Positions 46,910 through 56,195 of a DNA stretch of 64,000 bases are shown piece by piece. The stretch spans positions 310,001-374,000 of IMG/VR virus record IMGVR_UViG_3300049215_000771; one strand, written 5' to 3'. Below the pieces are notes generated by a model. It was not told the DNA's origin and searched no databases. It worked only from the letters and a program-made list of their open reading frames with translations. The position numbers and the translations under genes are program-made. Numbering within the stretch: position 1 is the first letter of the stretch; each line of letters begins with the position of its first letter.

Positions 46910-47350
46910 CTAATTAAGCAGAGGTAGCTCGACAGTTGTGTGGCTGTCGAGCTTCCTTTGTTTACGGAGACTGTAGATTTCTCTAATCGTCTTCGCAAGC
47001 ATCAGTTTTTCGCCAAATGTATATATGCTGTTGAACGTAATGTTACAAGGCCAACAGCAAGGTACGCAATTTTCTTTGCTGTAGAACGGCTCGTTGTCCT
47101 TCCTGTCCAAACCGCTACCAGTCTCGTTGAGCGGCCCCAAACAGTAGAAACAAACATTCTCCTGGATGATTTGGGCGTACTCCTCCAGCGTTAAGTCGAA
47201 CGTAAACTTCCGGCTCGCCGCAGATGCTTTTGCGGACCTGTATCGACCCGACACAGACCTGGCTTTTTTTCTGAGTCGCTTCTTGTTCTCTTCTTTATGG
47301 GCCTGGAAGTAATCCTTCAGGTACTTGGTTCTGGCTGTTTTATTCCTCAT
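46910..47350 (-). CDS. HNH endonuclease
   Basis: CFYC...GLDRKDN...Y...NCVPCC..CN. Confidence 0.85.
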   Translation of the reverse strand: MRNKTARTKYLKDYFQAHKEENKKRLRKKARSVSGRYRSAKASAASRKFTFDLTLEEYAQIIQENVCFYCLGPLNETGSGLDRKDNEPFYSKENCVPCCWPCNITFNSIYTFGEKLMLAKTIREIYSLRKQRKLDSHTTVELPLLN

Positions 47351-47865
47351 TAGTGAATAGCCAGTTTGCGAAGTGACGAAGCACTGCCGGACTTGTTATC
47401 CATGCTGATGCCGCCATTCTTGACACGTTCCTTGTCACGTTTCTTCTGGTTTTCAATCTCGGCAGTGGTGCGTTTACGACGCACCAACGGCTGGAAAACG
47501 TAAACACCTGGCGGAACTTTTGCCTGGCGGACTGCGTTGTTCGCCCTTGCCCATTTTCCGCCAGCATCGTCGAACTCCTTGGCAATGCTTTTCATTTCGC
47601 CATTTTCATCCATGTACTTCGGCGTGCTGTACGCATAGACGTGCCGGCCCTTGACGATGAAAGTCATCCTCCAGCCAACTCGAATTTCATCGTAGTTGTA
47701 GTCGGCATCCTGAAACGCTTGCGACAAAGCACATTTTTTGGCATCATCGCAAACGGCATGTCGCAGATGAGTGTCGCCAAGGTATACAGACTTCGGCAAC
47801 ATTTTGGGATCATTATCCCCAAAATGGATTTGTTTTCCAGGGAACATCAGATCGTATTTGCTCAT
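47350..47865 (-). CDS. Hypothetical protein
   Basis: AGGAG RBS; coupled to the HNH gene. Confidence 0.65.
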   Translation of the reverse strand: MSKYDLMFPGKQIHFGDNDPKMLPKSVYLGDTHLRHAVCDDAKKCALSQAFQDADYNYDEIRVGWRMTFIVKGRHVYAYSTPKYMDENGEMKSIAKEFDDAGGKWARANNAVRQAKVPPGVYVFQPLVRRKRTTAEIENQKKRDKERVKNGGISMDNKSGSASSLRKLAIH

Positions 47866-47952
47866 TTTGTTCTCCTTTCAAGAGTATTGAGCAGTAAGGT
47901 TTCCCTTACCTTGATAATATATGAGGTAAGGGAAGCCTTATCAAGATCAGAT

Positions 47953-48513
47953 TTACTCACTTCCGGGGCTGTGGAACTTGATGTTTTTGTCAGCCCATTC
48001 GATTGCCATGTGAAGACCACGAGCGAGCAAGCCAACAAGTTGGGTGGGGTTGCCACTTCCCTCGATGGCGATGTTATCTCGTTCATTGTCTTCGATCCAA
48101 ACCAAAGCGAAGCACAAGTTATCTCGTTTCTTGAGTTCGCCGGCCATCTGGCGGATTGTAGTGAGTGACAGATCGGGCAAACCAAGTTCTTTCTGCTTGG
48201 CTTTCGCCAAAGTTCCTGTTTCCTGGATGGTAACGAACATCTTGGTCAGCACTTGGCAGCAACGAATACGAGACTCCTCATCCCCCTCTATAACAAGGTG
48301 GTAAGTCACGATTTCGGGGTTATTTTGGTCAGGGAAAGTCAGCAACTTGCAGCCATGTGTTTCAGTTATTTCAGTCACGAAGGAAGAAATAGCGGAAACA
48401 ATAGCTTGTCCATTGCATCGAAATGTAACATAGGTATCATTGTCGGAATCGGTTACGGTCAATCCTTGGAACCGTCCGATGGTTTCCAACAGAATGTCAA
48501 AATCCTTCATCAT
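47953..48513 (-). CDS. Hypothetical protein
   Basis: GGAGG RBS before MMKDF; ATGA coupling. Confidence 0.6.
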   Translation of the reverse strand: MMKDFDILLETIGRFQGLTVTDSDNDTYVTFRCNGQAIVSAISSFVTEITETHGCKLLTFPDQNNPEIVTYHLVIEGDEESRIRCCQVLTKMFVTIQETGTLAKAKQKELGLPDLSLTTIRQMAGELKKRDNLCFALVWIEDNERDNIAIEGSGNPTQLVGLLARGLHMAIEWADKNIKFHSPGSE

Positions 48514-49046
48514 CCCTCCAATAGACCGGCGTGGTCGAGCGATTGTACCAATTTGATTAGGTGCTTGCACATTCCCGGCATTTCCAGCGGGTTTGCCGGT
48601 GGTCCTCCCGCAGCTTCGTACCTTCTTCGCTTGCTTCCGTACAGCGACCGATCCAGGTGGTCATAGTAATTGAATCTCCACCTGAAATCAGCGCAGTCAC
48701 ATCTCAACAGTACGTCGTTTTCTGCATAGCTCAATCGTTCAAGCACATAATGCAATCCATCACTGGCTACAATCTCGACCCAATCCTGATGCTCCTTCTC
48801 AGGATGGTAGCGGACTTGTTTGAACAATACCATCGGCTGGTACACTTTCCCTGACTCACCACTCTCAGCAGTGCCCTTGATGAACAAAGTTTTCACGCCA
48901 ACGAACGGAGTCCAAGATAGCTCCACAATCTTCACAGGGTCTATGGCATGTTGCCTTTTTGTTGTGCGAGGAAACGCTGCCACCGTACTCTGGTAAAGAT
49001 CATTGAGAGAGGATTCGTCCAAGTGCATCCAGTCGATGAACCGCAT
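48510..49046 (-). CDS. SWIM zinc-finger protein with MRFIDW leader
   Basis: RCDCADF...CKHL. Confidence 0.7.
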   Translation of the reverse strand: MRFIDWMHLDESSLNDLYQSTVAAFPRTTKRQHAIDPVKIVELSWTPFVGVKTLFIKGTAESGESGKVYQPMVLFKQVRYHPEKEHQDWVEIVASDGLHYVLERLSYAENDVLLRCDCADFRWRFNYYDHLDRSLYGSKRRRYEAAGGPPANPLEMPGMCKHLIKLVQSLDHAGLLEG

Positions 49047-49089
49047 GAAGATATGTATCCCAGGTAACTACAATACTGGTAGGAGGAGT

Positions 49090-49401
49090 ATGAGCGAAAT
49101 TATCCAGTTTCCCGGACAACCGCAAGAATCCAAGCGCCCGGAAGGGAAGAAGAAGTTTGAAGTGAAGATGCGCAAGGCCAAGGGCGGCGGCATTGAGAAA
49201 GCCATCTTCATTGACGACGAACAACTTGATTGGGAGATCGACATGAACTCCTACATCGAGGCCATGAAGATGGGACCAATGTACCGTCGTGCCGTTCAGA
49301 AAGACATCGAGAAACATTTCATCGAAAGCCTCTCGGATTTCCTGGGCCGCAAGGTTACAATGGAAGAAATCAAAACAGCGATCAAAACAGGTTGGATTTG
49401 A
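49090..49401 (+). CDS. Hypothetical protein
   Basis: AGGAGG RBS. Confidence 0.65.
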   Translation: MSEIIQFPGQPQESKRPEGKKKFEVKMRKAKGGGIEKAIFIDDEQLDWEIDMNSYIEAMKMGPMYRRAVQKDIEKHFIESLSDFLGRKVTMEEIKTAIKTGWI

Positions 49402-49404
49402 TAT

Positions 49405-50670
49405 ATGATGAACCCAAACGAAGTCCACGAGGTAATGCGTGAGTATACCATCGGGGATGGAGAGCATATTGTAATCGACAGGGACCGTAGCTTGGGTTCA
49501 TACATGGCTGATGCTCGCACGGGTCGTCGCTACTTAGACTGCGCTTCGCAATTCGCCAGTCAGCCCCTTGGTTGGAACCATCACAAACTCAACGATAAAT
49601 GGAACTACCTGGGCCGGGCCGCAGTTCACAAATACGCCAACTCGGACTTCTACAGCACCGACCTCGCCGAGTTCGTTTTGGAATTCGCCAACATTACTCC
49701 CGACTTCAAATACCACTTCTTCATCGAAGGCGGCACCCTTGGCGTAGAGAATGCCCTCAAAGCAGCCTTCGACTGGAAAGCGCAAAAGCTGGGATTGTCG
49801 GAAGAACAAGCCAACGACCTGGATGTGATTCACTTCAAGCAAGCCTTCCACGGACGCAGTGGCTACACGCTCTCCCTTACCAACACCACGCCCAACAAAA
49901 CAGCGCTATTTCCGAAGTTCAAATGGACCAGGGTACTCAACCCAAAGATTCACTTCCCGATGGTAATTGAAGATGTGTTGGCTGCCGAGAAGGAAAGCAT
50001 CTATCAGATACTCACAGGCATAACTCGCAACTGCAAGAAAACAGCAGCTATTGTTGTCGAAAGCATCCAGGCCGAGGGCGGCGACAACCACTTCCGCCCG
50101 GAGTTCTTCAGGGAACTGCGCAAGATCGCCGATGCCCATGATGTCATGCTCATCATGGACGAAGTACAAACAGGGCTGGGACTCACGGGACAATTCTGGT
50201 GCTACCAGCATTACGGCATGGTGCCCGATATGATTTGCTTCGGGAAGAAAACGCAGGTGTGCGGTTTTTGTTCTACGGAGCGAATCGACGAAGTTGAAAA
50301 CAACGTGTTCCACGTTTCCAGTCGAATCAACTCGACATGGGGCGGCAACATCGTTGACATGGTTCGGGCTAAATACATCATCGACATCATCCTTGAAGAT
50401 GGTCTGACTGCTAATGCAGCAAACGTAGGAAGATTGTTCCTCAATAAACTTCAGAATATCCCAAGGATTACCAATGTGCGAGGGCGGGGCTTGTTCCTCG
50501 CCTTCGACTTGGAATCAGATGCAAGTCGCAACGACGTGCTGCATCTGATGAGCGATAAAATGATAGCGATGAAATGTGGGGAGCGCTCCATACGACTACG
50601 GCCCCACCTGACGTTCTCGGATGAGGACGCTGATGAGGCCGTGAAAATCATTACCGAAGCTGTAGTTTAG
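49405..50670 (+). CDS. lat: L-lysine 6-transaminase (class III PLP aminotransferase)
   Basis: FHGRSGYTLSLTNT, QAEGGDNHFR, DEVQTG, FGKKTQVCG, SRINSTWGGN. Confidence 0.92.
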   Translation: MMNPNEVHEVMREYTIGDGEHIVIDRDRSLGSYMADARTGRRYLDCASQFASQPLGWNHHKLNDKWNYLGRAAVHKYANSDFYSTDLAEFVLEFANITPDFKYHFFIEGGTLGVENALKAAFDWKAQKLGLSEEQANDLDVIHFKQAFHGRSGYTLSLTNTTPNKTALFPKFKWTRVLNPKIHFPMVIEDVLAAEKESIYQILTGITRNCKKTAAIVVESIQAEGGDNHFRPEFFRELRKIADAHDVMLIMDEVQTGLGLTGQFWCYQHYGMVPDMICFGKKTQVCGFCSTERIDEVENNVFHVSSRINSTWGGNIVDMVRAKYIIDIILEDGLTANAANVGRLFLNKLQNIPRITNVRGRGLFLAFDLESDASRNDVLHLMSDKMIAMKCGERSIRLRPHLTFSDEDADEAVKIITEAVV

Positions 50671-52493
50671 GCCCAAGTCCTGGGTCGCTTGTCTTTCCTG
50701 TAGGGCTTCAAAATCGACTCAAAGAAATCTTTGTCGCCACGATAAATTGTGTGATCCCTGCTGGTGTTCATATCGTTGCGATGTTGCTGCGCAAGGATGG
50801 CGGCAATCTTTTCGTGCTTTTGTTGATCGTTCAGGTTTTGATCCCTGTGAATCTTGGTGATCTCTGCCTTGGCGTCATCACTGATGCTCTTGTCCTGGAT
50901 GCCGCCGTTATCTATCGCCCAACGTAGTTTTCCGACATCTTCGGGACTCCAATCATTTGTAGTATCTGGTGCCGGTTGCGTACCGCCATTGGTTGTCGCA
51001 CCCGTCGAACCTGGGGCGGCGGGCGGCAATTTCCAAATACCACGCTGCCGCCAATCATCGAGTTTCTTTTCCATGTCATCAACCGAATTGATGCTGGAAG
51101 CCCATTGAGCAAGTTTATTTTTGGGAGCGTTATCCCAAATAATTCGAGCCAATTCTTTGCTATATTGCTGCGGATTGCCCCCATGTTTTTGCGCTAACTG
51201 AACTACAAAATCATTCAGTTTTTTCCCTTCTGGAGTTTCAAGATTCTTCATCTTGGCTTCGTCCTCCTCCGTACTGAGTTGCTGCGCAATAGCATGTCCA
51301 GGAGTGGATTGTGATTGCGCCCCAGGAGTGGATTGTGATTGCGCTGATGTATCTGGCCCGCCGATTGCTTTCATGATGGACTGAACATGCTTCATGAAGT
51401 CGGGGCCAAAATGTTGCAATTGCTGCTGATTATGCAGCAAAGCGGTCAACGCTTGGATGGCCTGGTTCTTGGCGTCTGTTTGAATTCCTTGTGCGGCCCT
51501 ATTCCAACCAGCACCGAATCCGCCCTGGCCGAATATGTTGCTGACACCACCCCACAATTTCTTACCCCAATCCCATTCGCTGATAACATCCTGGAACTCA
51601 TCAGGAGTAAGATACCGACCCTGCTTGATGTACCAATTGGCAAATGCCGCTGGATCGTGGCCGGTTTCGGCGAGCCTGTTACAAAGACGACGAATCTTCT
51701 GCTCAATCAACACATGCTGCAAGAACGGATTTTCTTGTGGGTTGTAATGCGATTTCTGAACCTGTGGTGCTGCTTGTGGTGCTTGTGGTGGTGCTTGTGG
51801 TGCTTGTGGTACTTGTTGTGGTGCTTGTGGTGGTGCTTGTGGTGGTGCTTGTGGTGCCGCTTGTGGCGGATTCTGCAACATGCCAATTACTGCATGAAGT
51901 GATCCGACAAAGGCTTGATTGTTTTTCAAATCATCGGGCAATTTCCCCGAAAGATTCTGCAACGCTTGCATGGCGTTACTGATTACACCTTGAATGGCCT
52001 GGTTCTGTTGTGGAGCCTGTCCAGCGGCACCTTGTTGCCCACCAGCTTGCCCGCCTCCCGCTTGCCCAGCGGGTTGACCAGAAGCATCTTGTCCTCCACC
52101 AAGGCCGAGGCCCGCTTTAGCGCCGCCCAACAAATGCCCACCTGCTGTGCCCAATGCACCACGAATAGCCCCACCACCAAGAGCCATAGCAGCACCGGGA
52201 ACAGCAGCAAGATGGCCGGCACCCGTCCCAACAGCCTGTCCTAACTGAGCAAAATTATCGTAGTTGACGTTTTTCTTCCACCAGTCGAGGACACGATTTT
52301 CGACCAGTAGCAATTCTTGCTGAAGCCATTGTTTGGATTGTTCGGGTGCATCTTCCTTGTAGAGAATGCCTTCCGTGGCAAACCACTCGACGAATTTGCG
52401 AGGGTTTACGCCACGGGAGGCCATCAAGGTGAAGGCTGTTTCAGCTAGATTATTCAGCCGTCGAGAGCCGATGTGTTGGGCAAAAGACCGCAT
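50667..52493 (-). CDS. Large Gln/Gly/Ala/Pro-rich protein, putative internal virion protein
   Basis: MRSFAQH leader; duplicated domain; low-complexity repeats. Confidence 0.65.
   Translation of the reverse strand: MRSFAQHIGSRRLNNLAETAFTLMASRGVNPRKFVEWFATEGILYKEDAPEQSKQWLQQELLLVENRVLDWWKKNVNYDNFAQLGQAVGTGAGHLAAVPGAAMALGGGAIRGALGTAGGHLLGGAKAGLGLGGGQDASGQPAGQAGGGQAGGQQGAAGQAPQQNQAIQGVISNAMQALQNLSGKLPDDLKNNQAFVGSLHAVIGMLQNPPQAAPQAPPQAPPQAPQQVPQAPQAPPQAPQAAPQVQKSHYNPQENPFLQHVLIEQKIRRLCNRLAETGHDPAAFANWYIKQGRYLTPDEFQDVISEWDWGKKLWGGVSNIFGQGGFGAGWNRAAQGIQTDAKNQAIQALTALLHNQQQLQHFGPDFMKHVQSIMKAIGGPDTSAQSQSTPGAQSQSTPGHAIAQQLSTEEDEAKMKNLETPEGKKLNDFVVQLAQKHGGNPQQYSKELARIIWDNAPKNKLAQWASSINSVDDMEKKLDDWRQRGIWKLPPAAPGSTGATTNGGTQPAPDTTNDWSPEDVGKLRWAIDNGGIQDKSISDDAKAEITKIHRDQNLNDQQKHEKIAAILAQQHRNDMNTSRDHTIYRGDKDFFESILKPYRKDKRPRTWA
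51298..51344. repeat. 24-bp tandem repeat (AQSQSTPG x2)
   Basis: ccaggagtggattgtgattgcgc twice. Confidence 0.85.
51763..51866. repeat. Coding low-complexity repeat (PQA/PPQA)n
   Basis: (g)gtgcttgtg array. Confidence 0.85.
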
Positions 52494-53283
52494 TCTGTTC
52501 TCCTACTGGTTCGTAATACTTCAGGCGTAGCGTAGCGAACGCCATAACCGGCATTTTTTCCTTTCGGTTATATACGAACCCCAATGCGTTATTTAGCCCG
52601 TCGTCCCAGGTTTTGAACCAAGACATCGGAACGTAGTAAGAACGACTAAAAATCGGTGGAGCAAATGGCGCAGGCGGGACACGGTATCTAACAGCAACGC
52701 CGATGACCTCGTTGTGTTTGTTGAAAAGCGGCCCTCCTGAATCTCCAGGAAGAATACAACAAGAAGTACGAATGAGTCCCTTGTTCATTGCCGGCGTTCT
52801 GGTGTATACTCCTGTGATCTTTCCATCATCAAAACAAGGGTCATCGGCCATAGCAAAACCAACTCTTTTCACAGGTTCGCCAAACTTCAATTGGTAACTG
52901 AACAAAGCAAGTTTCGCTACCTCCAGCCTATCTTTGCTTTCAAACAAAACAACAGCTAAATCTTTTTCTTGGCTGTGGGCGTAAACCGTGGCCGGGTAGC
53001 GAGTGAAACCCATCAATTTGCCATTTTTGTCATAGCTCATGACGTACACAGAAAATTCACTACTTTCAGCGGTGATGTGTTGACAAGTGATAGCGACGTT
53101 ACGATATTTTTCTCCGACAAGTTCAGACCTAACAACGAAGGCAGTGCCGTGTCCTCCTTCATTATCTACCAGCTTAACAACTGGCTTGAGGGTTTGCCTC
53201 AGTAGTTTTTCGGGAGCATCGCCACTAAATACTGGTGAAGTTGAGAGCAATAGCAAGAAGCTGCAAGCAAGATATTTCAACAT
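52450..53283 (-). CDS. Secreted trypsin-like serine protease (S1)
   Basis: Signal peptide; GTAFVV, TCQH, DLAVV, PGDSGGPL. Confidence 0.85.
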   Translation of the reverse strand: MLKYLACSFLLLLSTSPVFSGDAPEKLLRQTLKPVVKLVDNEGGHGTAFVVRSELVGEKYRNVAITCQHITAESSEFSVYVMSYDKNGKLMGFTRYPATVYAHSQEKDLAVVLFESKDRLEVAKLALFSYQLKFGEPVKRVGFAMADDPCFDDGKITGVYTRTPAMNKGLIRTSCCILPGDSGGPLFNKHNEVIGVAVRYRVPPAPFAPPIFSRSYYVPMSWFKTWDDGLNNALGFVYNRKEKMPVMAFATLRLKYYEPVGEQNAVFCPTHRLSTAE

Positions 53284-53306
53284 TGGTTTTCCAAGTTAAG
53301 GAGGAC

Positions 53307-53582
53307 ATGATGGAAAGGAACCATCTTTACGTCCTGATTTTGATTTTGGGCACGGCCCTGGGCGTAACCTACGTCAGCAAGACGAAGGGCGGAATCGACA
53401 AGATTTTCACCCCGTCAGCGCCGGCAAGGGATAGTTGGATGCGTGACGATCCAGGTTGGGATAGGATGCCACAACCGGCTCCTACTCCACCGGCTCCAGT
53501 TCCGCCAACGAATCCCACACCGCCGCCGACACCACCGACGCCGCCCCCGCAACAGCCACAACCAAGGCAATCACCTGGCTGA
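53307..53582 (+). CDS. Small membrane-anchored Pro-rich protein
   Basis: AAGGAGG RBS; TM helix + Pro tract. Confidence 0.6.
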   Translation: MMERNHLYVLILILGTALGVTYVSKTKGGIDKIFTPSAPARDSWMRDDPGWDRMPQPAPTPPAPVPPTNPTPPPTPPTPPPQQPQPRQSPG

Positions 53583-53668
53583 AGGGTTTGATCCATATTC
53601 GCAGTTGCGAATTCGACACCAAATCCTATATGATACTATAGTGAAGATCAACCACGAGGGTCAATATC

Positions 53669-54934
53669 ATGGGGATGTTAGAAGAAGCAAAAAAGCAGCT
53701 TGATGCTGCGGCCCAATATGCAGAAATCGACCCTGAAAGTTGGGAAAGACTTCAATATCCGCAAAAAACCCTAAATGTCGTAATCCCAATGCGACATGAT
53801 GACGGAACGCTGAAGATGTATAAAGCGTACCGTTGCCAATACGACACAACGCTCGGCCCGGCGAAGGGAGGTATTCGTTACCATCCCAACGTCTGTCGGG
53901 ATCACTGCGAGGCGTTGGCGTTCTGGATGACATTCAAATGCGCTGCCTTGAAGCTCCCCTTCGGGGGAGCCAAAGGCGGCATTTGTGTTGACGCCACGAA
54001 ACTTTCACATCGAGAGTTGGAGCGTCTGAGCAAATCATACATCATTGCCTTCGCCGACTTCATCGGTCCCGACGAAGACATCCCTGCTCCTGATCTATAC
54101 ACAGATGAAAGGATCATGGGCTGGATGTACCAACAATATCGCCAGATCAAAGGCGGGCACCCGAAAGACATCGTAACCGGCAAACCAACGGCTTTGGGTG
54201 GAATCGAGGGGCGAAATTCGGCGACAGGTTACGGCGGGTACTACTGCCTGGAAACGATATTGAACTCAAATATGGGTCCGCCCAATATCCCTCCCAATCT
54301 CGACGATATTCGAGTTGCCATCCAGGGCTTCGGCAAAGTGGGATATTGGTTTGCCGAGAAATGTTTCCGACAAGGGTTGAAAGTCGTCGCCCTCAGCAAT
54401 GAGTTCGGCGGCTGCTACTGCGAACACGGCATCAATGTCGCCGCCGCTCGCAAATGCCTGGATGAGAGTGGAGGCAAGGAGTGGGGGCAGGGAGACAAGC
54501 TAACCAACGATGAACTCCTTCAAATGAACGTGGATTTGTTGGTTCCTGCCGCCATTGAGAATGTGTTGACCAAAGATAATGCTGGCAAGGTGCAAGCAAA
54601 GATGATTTTGGAATTGGCGAACGGCCCTACTACAAATGAGGCCGACGCCATTTTGAATGACAAAGGGGTATTTGTCATTCCCGACATCCTGGCGAACGCC
54701 GGGGGAGTCGTTGTTTCTTACTTCGAGTGGCTTCAGAACAGGACGGCTCGCAACTGGACTTTGGAGCAGGTAGATGATGACTTGAAGAAGATGATGGACT
54801 ATGCCACAGAAAAAACTCTGGCCTACAAAGTGAAGCACAAAATCTCGGCCAGAACAGCGGCATATGTACTGGCCTTGAGGCGAATCAATGCGGCCAACGC
54901 CTGTCTTGGGAACAAAGGTTATTTTCAGCGTTGA
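53669..54934 (+). CDS. gdhA: Glu/Leu/Phe/Val dehydrogenase (glutamate dehydrogenase)
   Basis: GPAKGGIRYHP, GGAKGG, DIPAPD, QGFGKVG, ANGPTT, PDILANAGGVVVSYFEW. Confidence 0.95.
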   Translation: MGMLEEAKKQLDAAAQYAEIDPESWERLQYPQKTLNVVIPMRHDDGTLKMYKAYRCQYDTTLGPAKGGIRYHPNVCRDHCEALAFWMTFKCAALKLPFGGAKGGICVDATKLSHRELERLSKSYIIAFADFIGPDEDIPAPDLYTDERIMGWMYQQYRQIKGGHPKDIVTGKPTALGGIEGRNSATGYGGYYCLETILNSNMGPPNIPPNLDDIRVAIQGFGKVGYWFAEKCFRQGLKVVALSNEFGGCYCEHGINVAAARKCLDESGGKEWGQGDKLTNDELLQMNVDLLVPAAIENVLTKDNAGKVQAKMILELANGPTTNEADAILNDKGVFVIPDILANAGGVVVSYFEWLQNRTARNWTLEQVDDDLKKMMDYATEKTLAYKVKHKISARTAAYVLALRRINAANACLGNKGYFQR

Positions 54935-55545
54935 ACAGCATATGGGCTAAACTGGTTCTCATCGCCTTGTTGTGTGGGTGTGGATACCTCATTCTCACCA
55001 ACCTGCCAAAAACCGTCGTGGAATCTTCCAAAACGGCAGAGTTTGTCATGAATTGTCCTTTCAAGACCATTCAGAAAGGTCTGAAGCAAGGGAAGTTTGA
55101 AAAAGAAACCCTGCGCATCAATGGAGCGGTCATCTTGGAGAAGAAATGGATTGACCAACAATTTCACATCGAGAGGATTCTACACAAGGACAGGTATTGG
55201 GAGTTCCGGGGCCAACTCCTTGCCAAAGTTCAAGTAGACAATCCGAAAGCAGGCAAGCTGACTGTTGATTTGGTAGAAGAAATCGAGTTCGCCATCGACC
55301 ATATCACCATCAAAACCACGCTGGCGAAACCCCTGGAAATTGGCTTGACGGACATGAAAGAAACAATATCCATTGTGCCGCAAGGCGACAATCAAACCAG
55401 GGTGAAGCTAACAACTTACCTGAAACTACACAGGTGGATTCCCAAGTCCTGGAAGTCATTCGCCCAGGAACAAATGGACGGGGCGGCGAATGAGGCCATT
55501 GAAAACATGACGACGGCGATCAATTCCCTTGGCGGTAGACAGTGA
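54931..55545 (+). CDS. Membrane-anchored protein, possible START/SRPBCC fold
   Basis: N-terminal TM; beta-sheet + long C-terminal helix pattern. Confidence 0.45.
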   Translation: MNSIWAKLVLIALLCGCGYLILTNLPKTVVESSKTAEFVMNCPFKTIQKGLKQGKFEKETLRINGAVILEKKWIDQQFHIERILHKDRYWEFRGQLLAKVQVDNPKAGKLTVDLVEEIEFAIDHITIKTTLAKPLEIGLTDMKETISIVPQGDNQTRVKLTTYLKLHRWIPKSWKSFAQEQMDGAANEAIENMTTAINSLGGRQ

Positions 55546-55873
55546 CGGTAATGCTGAAGTGCGAAATCTCCCCCGTTGGGGTCTGGTAGTCGATACAAAC
55601 AACGCCGGACATCGGGTCGAAGCTGGTAATTGTCCACTGATTTCTTGAATTCACCAGCCAACTGCGTGGATTTGCTCGTTCTATACGCTGCCACACTCCA
55701 TTATTCACATTCGCCGTGATTACGTTCTGCGCAACGCCAGTGATGTTGACTAACTGTTGTGTTCCCACCAGAACTACGAATTGCGGGTCGATATTCGACG
55801 GCAATAAGGCAAGAAGCGTTGCCTGGGACATCGGCGACTGGACGCTACAGGCTTGTCGTTGGAAAGTTGACAT
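55520..55873 (-). CDS. Hypothetical protein
   Basis: ATG 55873 preceded by TATATAC. Confidence 0.5.
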   Translation of the reverse strand: MSTFQRQACSVQSPMSQATLLALLPSNIDPQFVVLVGTQQLVNITGVAQNVITANVNNGVWQRIERANPRSWLVNSRNQWTITSFDPMSGVVCIDYQTPTGEISHFSITVTVYRQGN

Positions 55874-55894
55874 ACAAGTATATAGGTGAACCAT

Positions 55895-56101
55895 ATGGAC
55901 AACGCTCCTGAGAACTGTTATTTTTGGATAGACAACACCGTGCCGGAAGAGCAACGGATGATGAACGTCATGTGCGTAGAGTGCCACGACAAAAATCACC
56001 CCGACCTCGAAGCCTGGTTTTGGGAAGGGATAAAAGGCTACGGCCCCTACGACTTCATTTGCGACAAGTGCGGCAAAGTAATACACAAGGCTAATAGGTG
56101 A
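55895..56101 (+). CDS. Small zinc-binding protein
   Basis: CVEC...CDKC; TATATAG upstream. Confidence 0.6.
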   Translation: MDNAPENCYFWIDNTVPEEQRMMNVMCVECHDKNHPDLEAWFWEGIKGYGPYDFICDKCGKVIHKANR

Positions 56102-56195
56102 TTATTTCTCGCCTCTGGTGAGCGTGTCGCATAAATACCAAATGGGAGCCGTTCCCTGAAAGAAAACCGAGCGAAACGAGAACAGAGGCGGAAAA

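Noticed and set aside
51644-51982. Val/Leu- and Trp/Cys-repeat ORFs on the plus strand
   Set aside because: Antisense frames of the PQA repeat in 50667-52493.
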